A stretch of DNA of 57,511 bases from Patescibacteria group bacterium (lineage in GTDB: Bacteria; Patescibacteriota; Patescibacteriia; UBA9934; CAMTUG01): assembly GCA_038065815.1 (NCBI GenBank), contig JBBTQF010000021.1, positions 1 through 57,511 of the forward strand, given 5' to 3'. A program made the translations under genes and the position numbers. The notes beneath the pieces are model-generated. The model was not told the DNA's origin and did no database searches. It worked only from the letters and a program-made list of their open reading frames with translations. Shown in pieces: positions 37,497-45,997 of this stretch (the stretch's first letter is position 1; each line of letters starts with the position of its first letter).

Positions 37497-37637
37497 ATGT
37501 CCAACACACCGGTCAAAATGGAAAACACCTGCTTTGATTGCGGCAAGCCGGTCACCACTTACGTCAACAATCTTTTTACCGAGCGTCATGTATACTGTCG
37601 AGAGGATTACCTCAAGTTTATCGAACAAAATGGCTGA
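37497..37637 (+). CDS. 46-aa collapsed paralog (N-terminal 5 residues fused to the C-terminal zinc ribbon)
   Basis: Encodes MSNTPVKMENTCFDCGKPVTTYVNNLFTERHVYCREDYLKFIEQNG*. It keeps the family junction (..AATGGCTGATATGTCC) with paralog 5, and the last Cys of the ribbon is replaced by Asp. It may be a remnant rather than a functional gene. Confidence 0.4.
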   Translation: MSNTPVKMENTCFDCGKPVTTYVNNLFTERHVYCREDYLKFIEQNG

Positions 37638-37638
37638 T

Positions 37639-39255
37639 ATGTCCAAGACTCCGAACTTCGACAGCAAAATTAAAATGATTATTGACGTCATGCCGCAAGA
37701 TAATGATGCCGAAATTTGTCGCAAATTTCAGGTACCGCCGATCGGCATGGAGCCGGATAAATTGCTTGACTATTTGAATGGCTTCAACACCGGTTTGGCC
37801 TTTTTCTGGAAGCCTCACATGACGACCGGTCGGCCGCTTCTCTCCGCGATTCATCCGGACAATCCGATTCCCATCGTCAGCGAAGACGAGTGGGCTTCGG
37901 CGGATTATACTAGTGCGGCGCAAGAGATTGATCCGACTCGATCAGTGATGGATCAACTGTGGGACTTGGTAACGACCGTTCCCCATAATCCAACACGCTG
38001 TGTGCAAGCCGTTAACTCCATTGCCATTGGGTGTGTTGGCGTACAGAATTGCTATTGCGTCGCCGGTTCGCATTTACTTAACCGTTGTTTTTATACCTAC
38101 GCCCTTATTAAAGGGGAGGATTGCATTGACGTCGGCAACGGTATTCAGGTGGCGCGATCTTATCAGTGCGGCGGGAGCAACGAGATCAGTGATTGTCAGT
38201 TTGTTTATGAGTCGCGGGCCTGTCTGAACTCCTCATTTCTGTTTGACTGCTGGAATTGCGACTCCTGCTTCGGCGCCACGAATCAGCGCCATAAAAAATA
38301 TATTTGGTTCAACGAGCAGTTAAGCAAAGAGGAATATCAACAACGTGTTGGTCAGATAGATTTATCCGATGCTGACGTCGTTGAAGCATACTGGCAAAAG
38401 TTTTTCACGCTTTGGAAATCGCAAGGTGTCTGGCCGTTCGCCTTTTCCGTTGGTAACACCGAGGCGGAAGGGGAACATCTGTTTGGGTGCGTTCGTTGTG
38501 ACGGGTGTTTTTTGCAGAGTAAATCGACAGACTGTTATCGTTGTCGGTTTGGTCTGGAAAATAGCGGTTGCGCCTATACCTCTGGCGGAGGTTACGAACA
38601 AGATTGTTACCTGTCTACCGGCGGAGGCTACGGGGCAAAAAACAAATTTTGCGCCGGTACAAACAAGTGTATTTCTTGTGAGTACTGTCACAACTGTCGT
38701 GACTGCGAAAATTGTTTTGCTTGCGTTGGTCTTCAGCGTAAAAAATTCTGCGTCTTCAATAAGCAATACACGGAAGAGGAATACTGGCCGCTGGTAGACG
38801 AACTCAAAACTAGGATGCTTGCGAGTGGGGAGTATGGCCGTTTTTTTGAGGCCAAATTTTCTCCGTCAGGATTCCAATACTCTGCCGGGGAACTCTACGT
38901 CAGCTATTCCGCGCAACGTCTGCGTGAATACGATGCGCCGACGTTTGATCCTCGCCGTGGTCAGGTGCTCGGCCCGCAACCAACAGACCAGGCGATCTAT
39001 GACCCTGAAATTGGGCGGTACTACACGATCACTTCAGTCGAGAGACAGATGTATAAGGCCAAGCATTGGCCACTGCCGCGTAAGCACTTTGTTACACGGC
39101 TGACCGAACTCATCCGATTGTCTAATTCACCAATCGTTGAGGAGGCCGTCTGTGGATTGTGCGCGCAAGCGATAGTCACTTATAGAAATTTTTCTTTTCC
39201 CGAGCGGACGGTGTATTGTAATGAGTGTTATCTTAAGTTTTTGGAGACTAAATAA
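37639..39255 (+). CDS. Cys-rich repeat protein, tandem paralog 5 of 5 (shorter, divergent)
   Basis: MSKTPNFDSKIKMIIDV..., FLFDCWNCDSCFGATNQRHKKYIWFNEQL, CENCFACVGLQRKKFCVFNKQYTEEEYW, and CGLC-x18-CNECYLKFLETK. It lacks the ERVC..TGEKW block and part of the C-terminal region. Confidence 0.75.
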   Translation: MSKTPNFDSKIKMIIDVMPQDNDAEICRKFQVPPIGMEPDKLLDYLNGFNTGLAFFWKPHMTTGRPLLSAIHPDNPIPIVSEDEWASADYTSAAQEIDPTRSVMDQLWDLVTTVPHNPTRCVQAVNSIAIGCVGVQNCYCVAGSHLLNRCFYTYALIKGEDCIDVGNGIQVARSYQCGGSNEISDCQFVYESRACLNSSFLFDCWNCDSCFGATNQRHKKYIWFNEQLSKEEYQQRVGQIDLSDADVVEAYWQKFFTLWKSQGVWPFAFSVGNTEAEGEHLFGCVRCDGCFLQSKSTDCYRCRFGLENSGCAYTSGGGYEQDCYLSTGGGYGAKNKFCAGTNKCISCEYCHNCRDCENCFACVGLQRKKFCVFNKQYTEEEYWPLVDELKTRMLASGEYGRFFEAKFSPSGFQYSAGELYVSYSAQRLREYDAPTFDPRRGQVLGPQPTDQAIYDPEIGRYYTITSVERQMYKAKHWPLPRKHFVTRLTELIRLSNSPIVEEAVCGLCAQAIVTYRNFSFPERTVYCNECYLKFLETK

Positions 39256-39264
39256 TTTCCGTTT

Positions 39265-39912
39265 ATGTCAGAAAAGATTTCTTTCACTACGTCCGACGGC
39301 GTCACAATCGTCGGTAATTTGTACAAAGGCGGATCGGAACGCTTTGCTATTTTTTTGCACATGCGGCCTTCGACTAAAGAAGGTTGGGACGCCCTGGCGA
39401 CGAAACTGCAGGGTGAGCACGAGGTTACTGGATTGGCGATCGACGAACGCGGGCATGGGGAGTCGACCATGGGTGGGAAGCTCGATTATGAGACGTTTAC
39501 CGACGACAAGGCCAAGATACTCGACGTCGAAGCGGCGTTTGAGTATTTAAAAAGCCTCGGAGCGCGTGAGGAAAATACGATTATCATCGGCGGATCGATC
39601 GGCGCGAATTTGGCAATTTGGTTTTCGGTTCAGCATCCTGGAATGAAAAAGGTGATCGCTCTTTCGCCGGGGCTGTTGTATCGCGGAGTGTCGACTGATG
39701 ATAAAATTACACAGTTGCATCCAGATCAAAAAGTCTTGTTAGTCGCCAGCGATGACGACGAGCACCGCGCCTATGAAGGCGTGCAGGCCCTGCATCAGTT
39801 GAATCCAGACAAGACAGATTTGTGGTTGTTGAGCGGCGCGGGTCATGCGGAAACGATGCTCACCAAACAAGCGGATTTGACGGAGCGGATTATTGATTGG
39901 CTAAGTAAATAG
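39265..39912 (+). CDS. alpha/beta-fold hydrolase
   Basis: HMRPS oxyanion-type segment, nucleophile elbow GGSIGA (G-x-S-x-G), late Asp (VASDDDEH) and His (GAGHAE). Confidence 0.7.
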   Translation: MSEKISFTTSDGVTIVGNLYKGGSERFAIFLHMRPSTKEGWDALATKLQGEHEVTGLAIDERGHGESTMGGKLDYETFTDDKAKILDVEAAFEYLKSLGAREENTIIIGGSIGANLAIWFSVQHPGMKKVIALSPGLLYRGVSTDDKITQLHPDQKVLLVASDDDEHRAYEGVQALHQLNPDKTDLWLLSGAGHAETMLTKQADLTERIIDWLSK

Positions 39913-39923
39913 ATTACCTCTGC

Positions 39924-40742
39924 ATGAGTATCATTCAAGCGTTGGTGTTAGGCGTCGTTCAGGGCATCAGCGAGTTTTTACCGATCTCGAGTTCAGGGCA
40001 TTTAATTTTGGTGCCACAGATTTTTGGCTGGGCTGATCATGGATTAGTGTTTGATGTGGCGATGCATTTGGCAACGCTGATTGCCATCGTCTATGTCTTC
40101 TGGTCAGAGATTAAAGGAATGCTCATAAGCTGCCTACGTTTTTTTAGTAGCCGGCCGGCTAGTAAAAGTACGGTGGACGACGTTGCCAATAGAAAGTTAG
40201 CGCTGATGATTATTGTGGCGACGATTCCGGCAGTGATTGTCGGATTGATGTTTGGTGACGTCATTGAGGCGACGTTTCGATCGGCGAAGTTGATCGCGGT
40301 GAGTTTGATTTTTTGGGGCCTCGTGCTTGCCATCGCCGACAAAGTGGCGGCCAAGCGCAAAACGTATACCTCTGTCGGATGGAAGCAAGCGATCGTTGCC
40401 GGTATCGGTCAGGCGATTGCTCTAATTCCAGGTACCTCTCGTAGCGGTATTACGATTTCGGCCGGACTCTTTACAGGTATGGATCGCATTCAGGCGGCGC
40501 GTTTTTCATTTTTGTTAAGCATCCCTGCAATTGCTGGCGCTGTGGCCTTCACTTCCGCCAAAATCATCTCGAGTGGAGCCTCGGTAGATTGGTTGCCAAT
40601 GCTTTTCGGCTTTGTCTCCGCGCTCGTGGCAGGCATTTTTAGCATCCGTTGGTTGTTGCGATTTATTTCAAAAACAAGCTACGTATGGTTTGCGGTTTAT
40701 CGCATCATTATTGCCACGATCATCTTGACTGTAATTTTCTAA
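39924..40742 (+). CDS. uppP: undecaprenyl-diphosphate phosphatase
   Basis: GVVQGISEFLPISSSGHLIL and PGTSRSGITISAGL are the BacA/UppP signature motifs. Polytopic membrane protein. Confidence 0.9.
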   Translation: MSIIQALVLGVVQGISEFLPISSSGHLILVPQIFGWADHGLVFDVAMHLATLIAIVYVFWSEIKGMLISCLRFFSSRPASKSTVDDVANRKLALMIIVATIPAVIVGLMFGDVIEATFRSAKLIAVSLIFWGLVLAIADKVAAKRKTYTSVGWKQAIVAGIGQAIALIPGTSRSGITISAGLFTGMDRIQAARFSFLLSIPAIAGAVAFTSAKIISSGASVDWLPMLFGFVSALVAGIFSIRWLLRFISKTSYVWFAVYRIIIATIILTVIF

Positions 40743-41164
40743 TGGTGTATACCAACGTTCAGATCGAGGTGAGTATGCTTTGGGTCCCGCCAATTTATTC
40801 ATTATTCGACTGCTTTTCAGAGTGGCTCGAAAACAAACGTATCATCACCGTCAGCCCCGCAGAAATCCTTGCTGGCGTAATGAGGAATAAGCCATCGGTC
40901 ATGGTGGTCAGCATGAACAAGAGCGGTAGTGGATCTGATGATCGGGTGTGGCGTTTCAGCTTCAGGCAAGGAAGCAAGGACGGTCCTGTCTGGCACCGCG
41001 CGACAATTCACTCTAGCACTGCGCATCCACTTCCTGTGATTTTCTCGATCCTCGTCTACTCAATCAGCAAGGCAGGCATAATCCGAGAACCGCATCGGGT
41101 TCTATCGCGCCACGGTGCGGTATGCAAGGCCTTTCTGATGCGTCATCACGGCGTTCATAAGTAG
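40742..41164 (+). CDS. hypothetical protein
   Basis: TAATG overlap with uppP. 140-aa protein with no recognisable motif. Confidence 0.35.
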   Translation: MVYTNVQIEVSMLWVPPIYSLFDCFSEWLENKRIITVSPAEILAGVMRNKPSVMVVSMNKSGSGSDDRVWRFSFRQGSKDGPVWHRATIHSSTAHPLPVIFSILVYSISKAGIIREPHRVLSRHGAVCKAFLMRHHGVHK

Positions 41165-41236
41165 CCAGCCTCTTTTTCCACGTAGCGACCCTCGTACAAG
41201 CTTACGGGGGTCGCGTGCATTTCAGAGTTTCCATAT

Positions 41237-41401
41237 ATGGCCAATAGACGCAAAGTTCTCGTCGGCATGTCTGGCGGAGTGGATTCTTCACTCTCCGCCA
41301 ACTACGGATCCCTGACCGAGTACCTCGGCGCCAACGCCCTCCGCGCCAGCATCAATACCAGGCATCATACATCGTCCGTCGACGAGTACCCTGAGGCCTG
41401 A
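41237..41401 (+). pseudogene. orphan 5' fragment of mnmA
   Basis: MANRRKVLVGMSGGVDSSLSA then runs into unrelated GC-rich sequence. 35 nt (41252-41286) are identical to 42464-42498 inside the full mnmA gene. Confidence 0.65.
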
Positions 41402-41593
41402 CACCTCAACTTCTGCCCCTGCTTCGCGACCCCTGGACTTTCGTCCATGGGCCGCCTGTCTTTATAAAGACATACCAAAACAACCAGTTTTTACTGGCGT
41501 TTTTGTTTCGAGTGTTTGACACTGTTACAAATACCTAGTCGGAAAAAGAATATAGTGATAAGCTTTTGGGTAAGATTCATTTACACCACTTTT

Positions 41594-42211
41594 ATGAGAG
41601 AGATGCCAATGGATATGTCAGAAATTGTCCATGAACCAGAAACAGAAAAATCAAGTGCGCAACTAGTATGGGAAAAAGAAAAAGCTGAGTTATTGCTTCG
41701 TTTTCCTGAACTTGCACTCGCGCCAAAATTTTGTGAGGAGTTTAATGACGAGAAAAAATGGCAGGAGATTACCCCCGAAGTATTAGCCGCCGGACGAGGG
41801 GGAGCTGGCTTTATAGTTAAAGAACAACGTATATCTCTTGGGCTTGACGAGAACGACACGATTAGCATGGAGCGAATCCTGGCATTTACGCTGACGCCCG
41901 AGACGCGGCGGTTTGTAGAGACTATGCAACGTCTTCGTCAAGAGTCTGATCCTGACATTTTTGATTATCTAGTGGAGGCTAGCGGAGGAAAATATACGGA
42001 TGAATTAGGCACAATTTTAATGTCTGACATTAGCAGGAGGAGCAATAATAATAGTCGGGTGCTAGACCATGATGGAGAGTTAGTAGATTGGATTAGGCCA
42101 CTTTATCGAAAATATCAAGGGCATCCTGAGGCTTCAAGCGCTCTAGCGTATCAAAATGCAAAAGAAGGGATTTTGTTGCCAGAGGTTGAAGAAAGTATCC
42201 GGTTGATATAA
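41594..42211 (+). CDS. hypothetical acidic protein carried on the insertion in mnmA
   Basis: 205-aa ORF from ATG 41594 (the listed TTG start is 41516), followed by a strong terminator. No recognisable family. Confidence 0.5.
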   Translation: MREMPMDMSEIVHEPETEKSSAQLVWEKEKAELLLRFPELALAPKFCEEFNDEKKWQEITPEVLAAGRGGAGFIVKEQRISLGLDENDTISMERILAFTLTPETRRFVETMQRLRQESDPDIFDYLVEASGGKYTDELGTILMSDISRRSNNNSRVLDHDGELVDWIRPLYRKYQGHPEASSALAYQNAKEGILLPEVEESIRLI

Positions 42212-42260
42212 GTGTTTCTGTCCGGACAAATCTTTTCTCTGGTCGTAAAGAGATAAAAAA

Positions 42261-42289
42261 TCCCCGACTCAAGTCGGTGATTTTTTTTG
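42261..42289 (+). terminator. intrinsic terminator
   Basis: TCCCCGACT-CA-AGTCGGTGA stem followed by a T8 run, with an A-run upstream, so it is possibly bidirectional. Confidence 0.7.
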
Positions 42290-42427
42290 CCTGATTTAGG
42301 CAATGCCAAGTTTTTGACCGATTTTATGAAAGCGTCGATCGAATTGAGTCAACATGACTTTGATCGAGATTAGGCTATCTTCAAATCGATCGAGTCGATA
42401 TTCAACTGTGGACAATTCCACAAAAGT

Positions 42428-43519
42428 TTGTTAAATTCTTCCTCTGTGTCATCCATTAACCCAAAAGTTCTCGTCGGCATGTCTGGCGGAGTGGATTCAA
42501 GTCTCTCCGCGGCCTTGCTGTTGGAACAGGGCTATGACGTGATTGGCGCTTTCATGAAAAACTGGAGCGGCTCGACGAAGGTCTGTGATGAGACGGAAGA
42601 ATTTCAAGAGTGCGACTGGCGCACGGAGCGACGTGACGCCATGCGCGTTGCGGCCCAACTCGGCATTCCCTTTTTGACATTTGATTTTGAGAGGGAGTAT
42701 CGGGAGAAAGTCGTCGATTACATGGTGCGCGAGTACGCCGTCGGTCGCACGCCGAATCCTGACGTCATGTGCAACAAGTTCATGAAGTTTGCTCTCTTCG
42801 TGAAAGAGGCGGACAAGCTCGGGTGTGAGTTTGTCGCAACTGGGCATTATGCACGAATAAAAAATAAAGTAGTTTTGATGGCCGGGACGGATCCAAACAA
42901 GGATCAATCATACTTCCTCTGCCAGATTCCGCGCGAGGTTCTTCATCGAGTAATTTTTCCTGTTGGCGATATGCTGAAGTCGCAGGTCCGTGATGAAGCT
43001 CGCGCGCGAGGTCTTGTTGTGGCCGACAAGAAGGATAGTCAAGGTGTTTGTTTTATTGGTGAGTTCGACATGACCGAGTTTCTCCAAGATTATATTGAAA
43101 AAAAACCTGGTAAAATTGTCGACACCAACGGCAAAGAAGTTGGTGATCATCAAGGCTTGCCGTTTTACACCATTGGTCAACGTGAGGGACTCGAGATTGG
43201 TGGCTTGAAGACGCCATATTATGTCGTCGAGAAAAACGCCGAGCGCAACGAAATAATCGTCTCGAGTAACTTTCATGAAGCGTTGTATCGCACAGAACTT
43301 ACGGCCACGGATATGAATTGGCTTGTTGATTCTCGCGTCTCATTTTCATGCCATGCCCGCATTCGTTATCGTCAGCCACTTGAGCAATGCGAGGTTAAGA
43401 TACTTGATGATAGTCGTCTGAATGTAAAGTTTGACAAACCACAGCGCGCTGTAACACCAGGACAGTTTATTGTTTTTTATGATGGCGACGTGGTGATCGG
43501 CGGAGCTGTGATTGAATAA
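42428..43519 (+). CDS. mnmA: tRNA 2-thiouridine(34) synthase MnmA
   Basis: VLVGMSGGVDSSLSA PP-loop, catalytic-Cys regions (PNPDVMCN, DSQGVCFIG), and a C-terminal barrel. The start is uncertain: TTG 42428 or the internal ATG 42478, because the ancestral 5' end appears displaced to 41237. Confidence 0.9.
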   Translation: MLNSSSVSSINPKVLVGMSGGVDSSLSAALLLEQGYDVIGAFMKNWSGSTKVCDETEEFQECDWRTERRDAMRVAAQLGIPFLTFDFEREYREKVVDYMVREYAVGRTPNPDVMCNKFMKFALFVKEADKLGCEFVATGHYARIKNKVVLMAGTDPNKDQSYFLCQIPREVLHRVIFPVGDMLKSQVRDEARARGLVVADKKDSQGVCFIGEFDMTEFLQDYIEKKPGKIVDTNGKEVGDHQGLPFYTIGQREGLEIGGLKTPYYVVEKNAERNEIIVSSNFHEALYRTELTATDMNWLVDSRVSFSCHARIRYRQPLEQCEVKILDDSRLNVKFDKPQRAVTPGQFIVFYDGDVVIGGAVIE

Positions 43520-43527
43520 AAAATTTC

Positions 43528-43553
43528 GCCCCGGCCATGTTTATGGTCGGGGC
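43528..43553. terminator. bidirectional terminator hairpin between convergent genes
   Basis: GCCCCGGCCAT-GTTT-ATGGTCGGGGC. The minus-strand reading is followed by GAAATTTTTT. Confidence 0.6.
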
Positions 43554-43566
43554 TATTGATGATTCT

Positions 43567-44082
43567 CTACTTCGAATCGTGGTAGCGTATCACACACGCG
43601 TCGAGGTAGATATCATAGACTTTCTCCTCATTCGTTTTGTAGCGCGGTTGCGTTCGAGGCAAAGCACGCGGAAGGAGCACAATCGTTCCGTGCGGCATTC
43701 GTCTTGTTGGCCTGATGACGACTCGGTATCCGGCTATGTGCACGATAACGACTCCGTCAAGGTTCACCGTACTTACAAAGTAGCCTTGCGCTCGCGCCCC
43801 TTCGGCGAGGATGCGACCGAGCGGATGGTCAGGTAGAAGTGGTGAGTCAGACTGTTCGTTCTGCAAGATGCACCGCAAAGACGTCAGTGCATTGTCACGC
43901 GTAATCTGTCCGGCAATCGCCATTAGTATGCGTCGCGCCTCTTTCTGATCCGTCTGCCAAAGCTCGCGAGCTCTTCTCGCAATGAGGTTGATCGGAGCCG
44001 GACCTCTTGAATCACATTTGTCCAAATCTACAATCATGCCACGAGCTAGGTTCAAGATTCCTGACAGAGGCGCTGTGTGCAT
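43567..44082 (-). CDS. hypothetical protein
   Basis: 171-aa ORF ending at the terminator hairpin. No recognisable motif. Confidence 0.45.
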   Translation of the reverse strand: MHTAPLSGILNLARGMIVDLDKCDSRGPAPINLIARRARELWQTDQKEARRILMAIAGQITRDNALTSLRCILQNEQSDSPLLPDHPLGRILAEGARAQGYFVSTVNLDGVVIVHIAGYRVVIRPTRRMPHGTIVLLPRALPRTQPRYKTNEEKVYDIYLDACVIRYHDSK

Positions 44083-44176
44083 TCTTTCCCCAAGAGCAGT
44101 TCAGGAACACTATCACCTTTTTGCCTAGCGGTCAATACCTAGACGTTTGTCTTTATTTTACGTATAGTTGCACGAT

Positions 44177-45997
44177 ATGCCGTCACAAGAATACATTCGC
44201 AATTTCTGCATTATTGCCCATATTGACCATGGAAAATCAACTTTGGCGGATCGCTTGCTTGAGCTGACCGGCACGGTCGAAAAGAGAAAAATGCAGGAGC
44301 AGATTTTGGATACAATGGAGCTTGAACGCGAAAAAGGCATTACGATTAAACTTGCGCCAGCGCGGATGTTTTATAAAAAGTCTTCCAAAGCCTCTGCCCT
44401 ATCTGACTCCTTCGCCCTTAATCTCATTGACACCCCAGGGCATGTGGATTTCACCTACGAGGTTTCTCGGTCCCTCGCCTCTGTCGAGGGAGCAGTTTTG
44501 CTTGTTGACGCCACGCAGGGTGTGCAGGCACAGACGATCGGCAACCTCTATCTTGCCCTTGAGCAAAATCTCACCATTATTCCGGTGCTCAACAAGATTG
44601 ACTTACCGGCGGCTGACGTTCCGAGATTTAGAGAGGAACTCGTTAAACTGATCGGCTGTAAACCCGAGGAGATTTTACTTGTATCAGGAAAAACAGGAGA
44701 GGGAGTGCCAGCTCTTCTGGACGCTATTGTTGAGCGTGTTCCGCCACCGTCTGGCAATGACATGGCGACTTCGCCAGCTCGCGCCGTTGTTTTTGATGCC
44801 AAGTATGATGAGTACAAGGGAGTCGTCGCCTATGTTCGCGTGATTGATGGAACTTTCAAAAAAGGTGATCGGATGAAAATGCTCCAGACATTTACTGATT
44901 CGGAGATCATCGAGCTTGGCGCGCTGACTCCCGGTTATTATCCTTTGAGGGAACTCGAAACAGGACAGATTGGCTACATCGTTACAGGTTTTAAGGAAAT
45001 TTCTGCGTGTCGTGTTGGCGATACGATAGGGCATGCTGGCGAGGAAACATTGCCACTTCCCGGATATCGTGAGGTCAAGCCAATGGTGTACGCTGGTATT
45101 TTTTGTAAGGAGGGAAGCGCGTACAGTCAACTGCGCGAGGCGATGGAGAAACTTAAACTCAACGACGCCGCGCTTGTATTTGAAGCGGAGCATTCTCCCG
45201 CGCTTGGCTATGGGTTTCGTGTCGGCTTGCTCGGAATGTTGCATCTGGAGATCGTCACGGAGCGACTTAAGCGTGAGTTCAATCTCGATCTGATGATCAC
45301 TACGCCGTCGGTGGTTTATCGCGTTACCAGTCGAGGTAGTCATGTATTTTTAATTAAGTCTCCGCTTGAATTGCCGGATCCGTCGCACATTGAGCTTGTC
45401 GAAGAGCCGTGGGTCAACGTGGATATTATTACGCCAAAAGAATTTATTGGTGCGATTATGAAACTCTCACAGGAGCGAAAGGGGATTTATCAGACAACGA
45501 GTTATCTATCTGATGATCGTGTCATTTTAAAATACGAACTTCCTCTCGCATCCGTTATCGTTGATTTTTACGATGCCTTGAAGACTGTTTCGAGTGGGTA
45601 TGGTTCGATGAATTATGAGGTGATTGGTTATCGTCCCGCAGATGTTGTACGACTCAATATTCTTGTGGCTGAAGAGCAGGTTGAGGCTTTCGCGACGCTA
45701 GTCTATCGAGACGAGGCAGAGCGCGTAGGCAGACGAGTTGTGGAGAAACTGAAAACGGCGATTCCAAAACAAATGTTTGAGATAAAATTGCAGGCGGCGA
45801 TTGGCGGGAAAATCGTTGCGGCAGAGCGCATCTCGGCTTTGCGTAAAGATGTCACTGCAAAACTCTACGGCGGTGACGTGACTCGAAAACGTAAACTGCT
45901 CGAGAAGCAAAAGAAGGGCAAGAAAAAAATGATGGCGCTTGGCGCAGGATCGGTGGAGATTCCAACGGAGGCGTATCTGACCGTTTTAAAAAGGTGA
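44177..45997 (+). CDS. lepA: elongation factor 4 (LepA)
   Basis: IRNFCIIAHIDHGKSTLADRL, DTPGHVDF, NKIDL, and the LepA-specific C-terminal domain (..GGDVTRKRKLLEKQKKGKKKM..). Confidence 0.95.
   Translation: MPSQEYIRNFCIIAHIDHGKSTLADRLLELTGTVEKRKMQEQILDTMELEREKGITIKLAPARMFYKKSSKASALSDSFALNLIDTPGHVDFTYEVSRSLASVEGAVLLVDATQGVQAQTIGNLYLALEQNLTIIPVLNKIDLPAADVPRFREELVKLIGCKPEEILLVSGKTGEGVPALLDAIVERVPPPSGNDMATSPARAVVFDAKYDEYKGVVAYVRVIDGTFKKGDRMKMLQTFTDSEIIELGALTPGYYPLRELETGQIGYIVTGFKEISACRVGDTIGHAGEETLPLPGYREVKPMVYAGIFCKEGSAYSQLREAMEKLKLNDAALVFEAEHSPALGYGFRVGLLGMLHLEIVTERLKREFNLDLMITTPSVVYRVTSRGSHVFLIKSPLELPDPSHIELVEEPWVNVDIITPKEFIGAIMKLSQERKGIYQTTSYLSDDRVILKYELPLASVIVDFYDALKTVSSGYGSMNYEVIGYRPADVVRLNILVAEEQVEAFATLVYRDEAERVGRRVVEKLKTAIPKQMFEIKLQAAIGGKIVAAERISALRKDVTAKLYGGDVTRKRKLLEKQKKGKKKMMALGAGSVEIPTEAYLTVLKR

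Noticed and set aside
42290-42427. Short minus-strand ORF fragment (..VEYRLDRFEDSLISIKVMLTQFDRRFHKIGQKLGIA*) at the right edge of the mnmA insertion, considered as a possible remnant of a mobility or toxin gene.
   Set aside because: It is only ~45 codons, with no start context or recognisable motif. It is mentioned only as part of the insertion finding.
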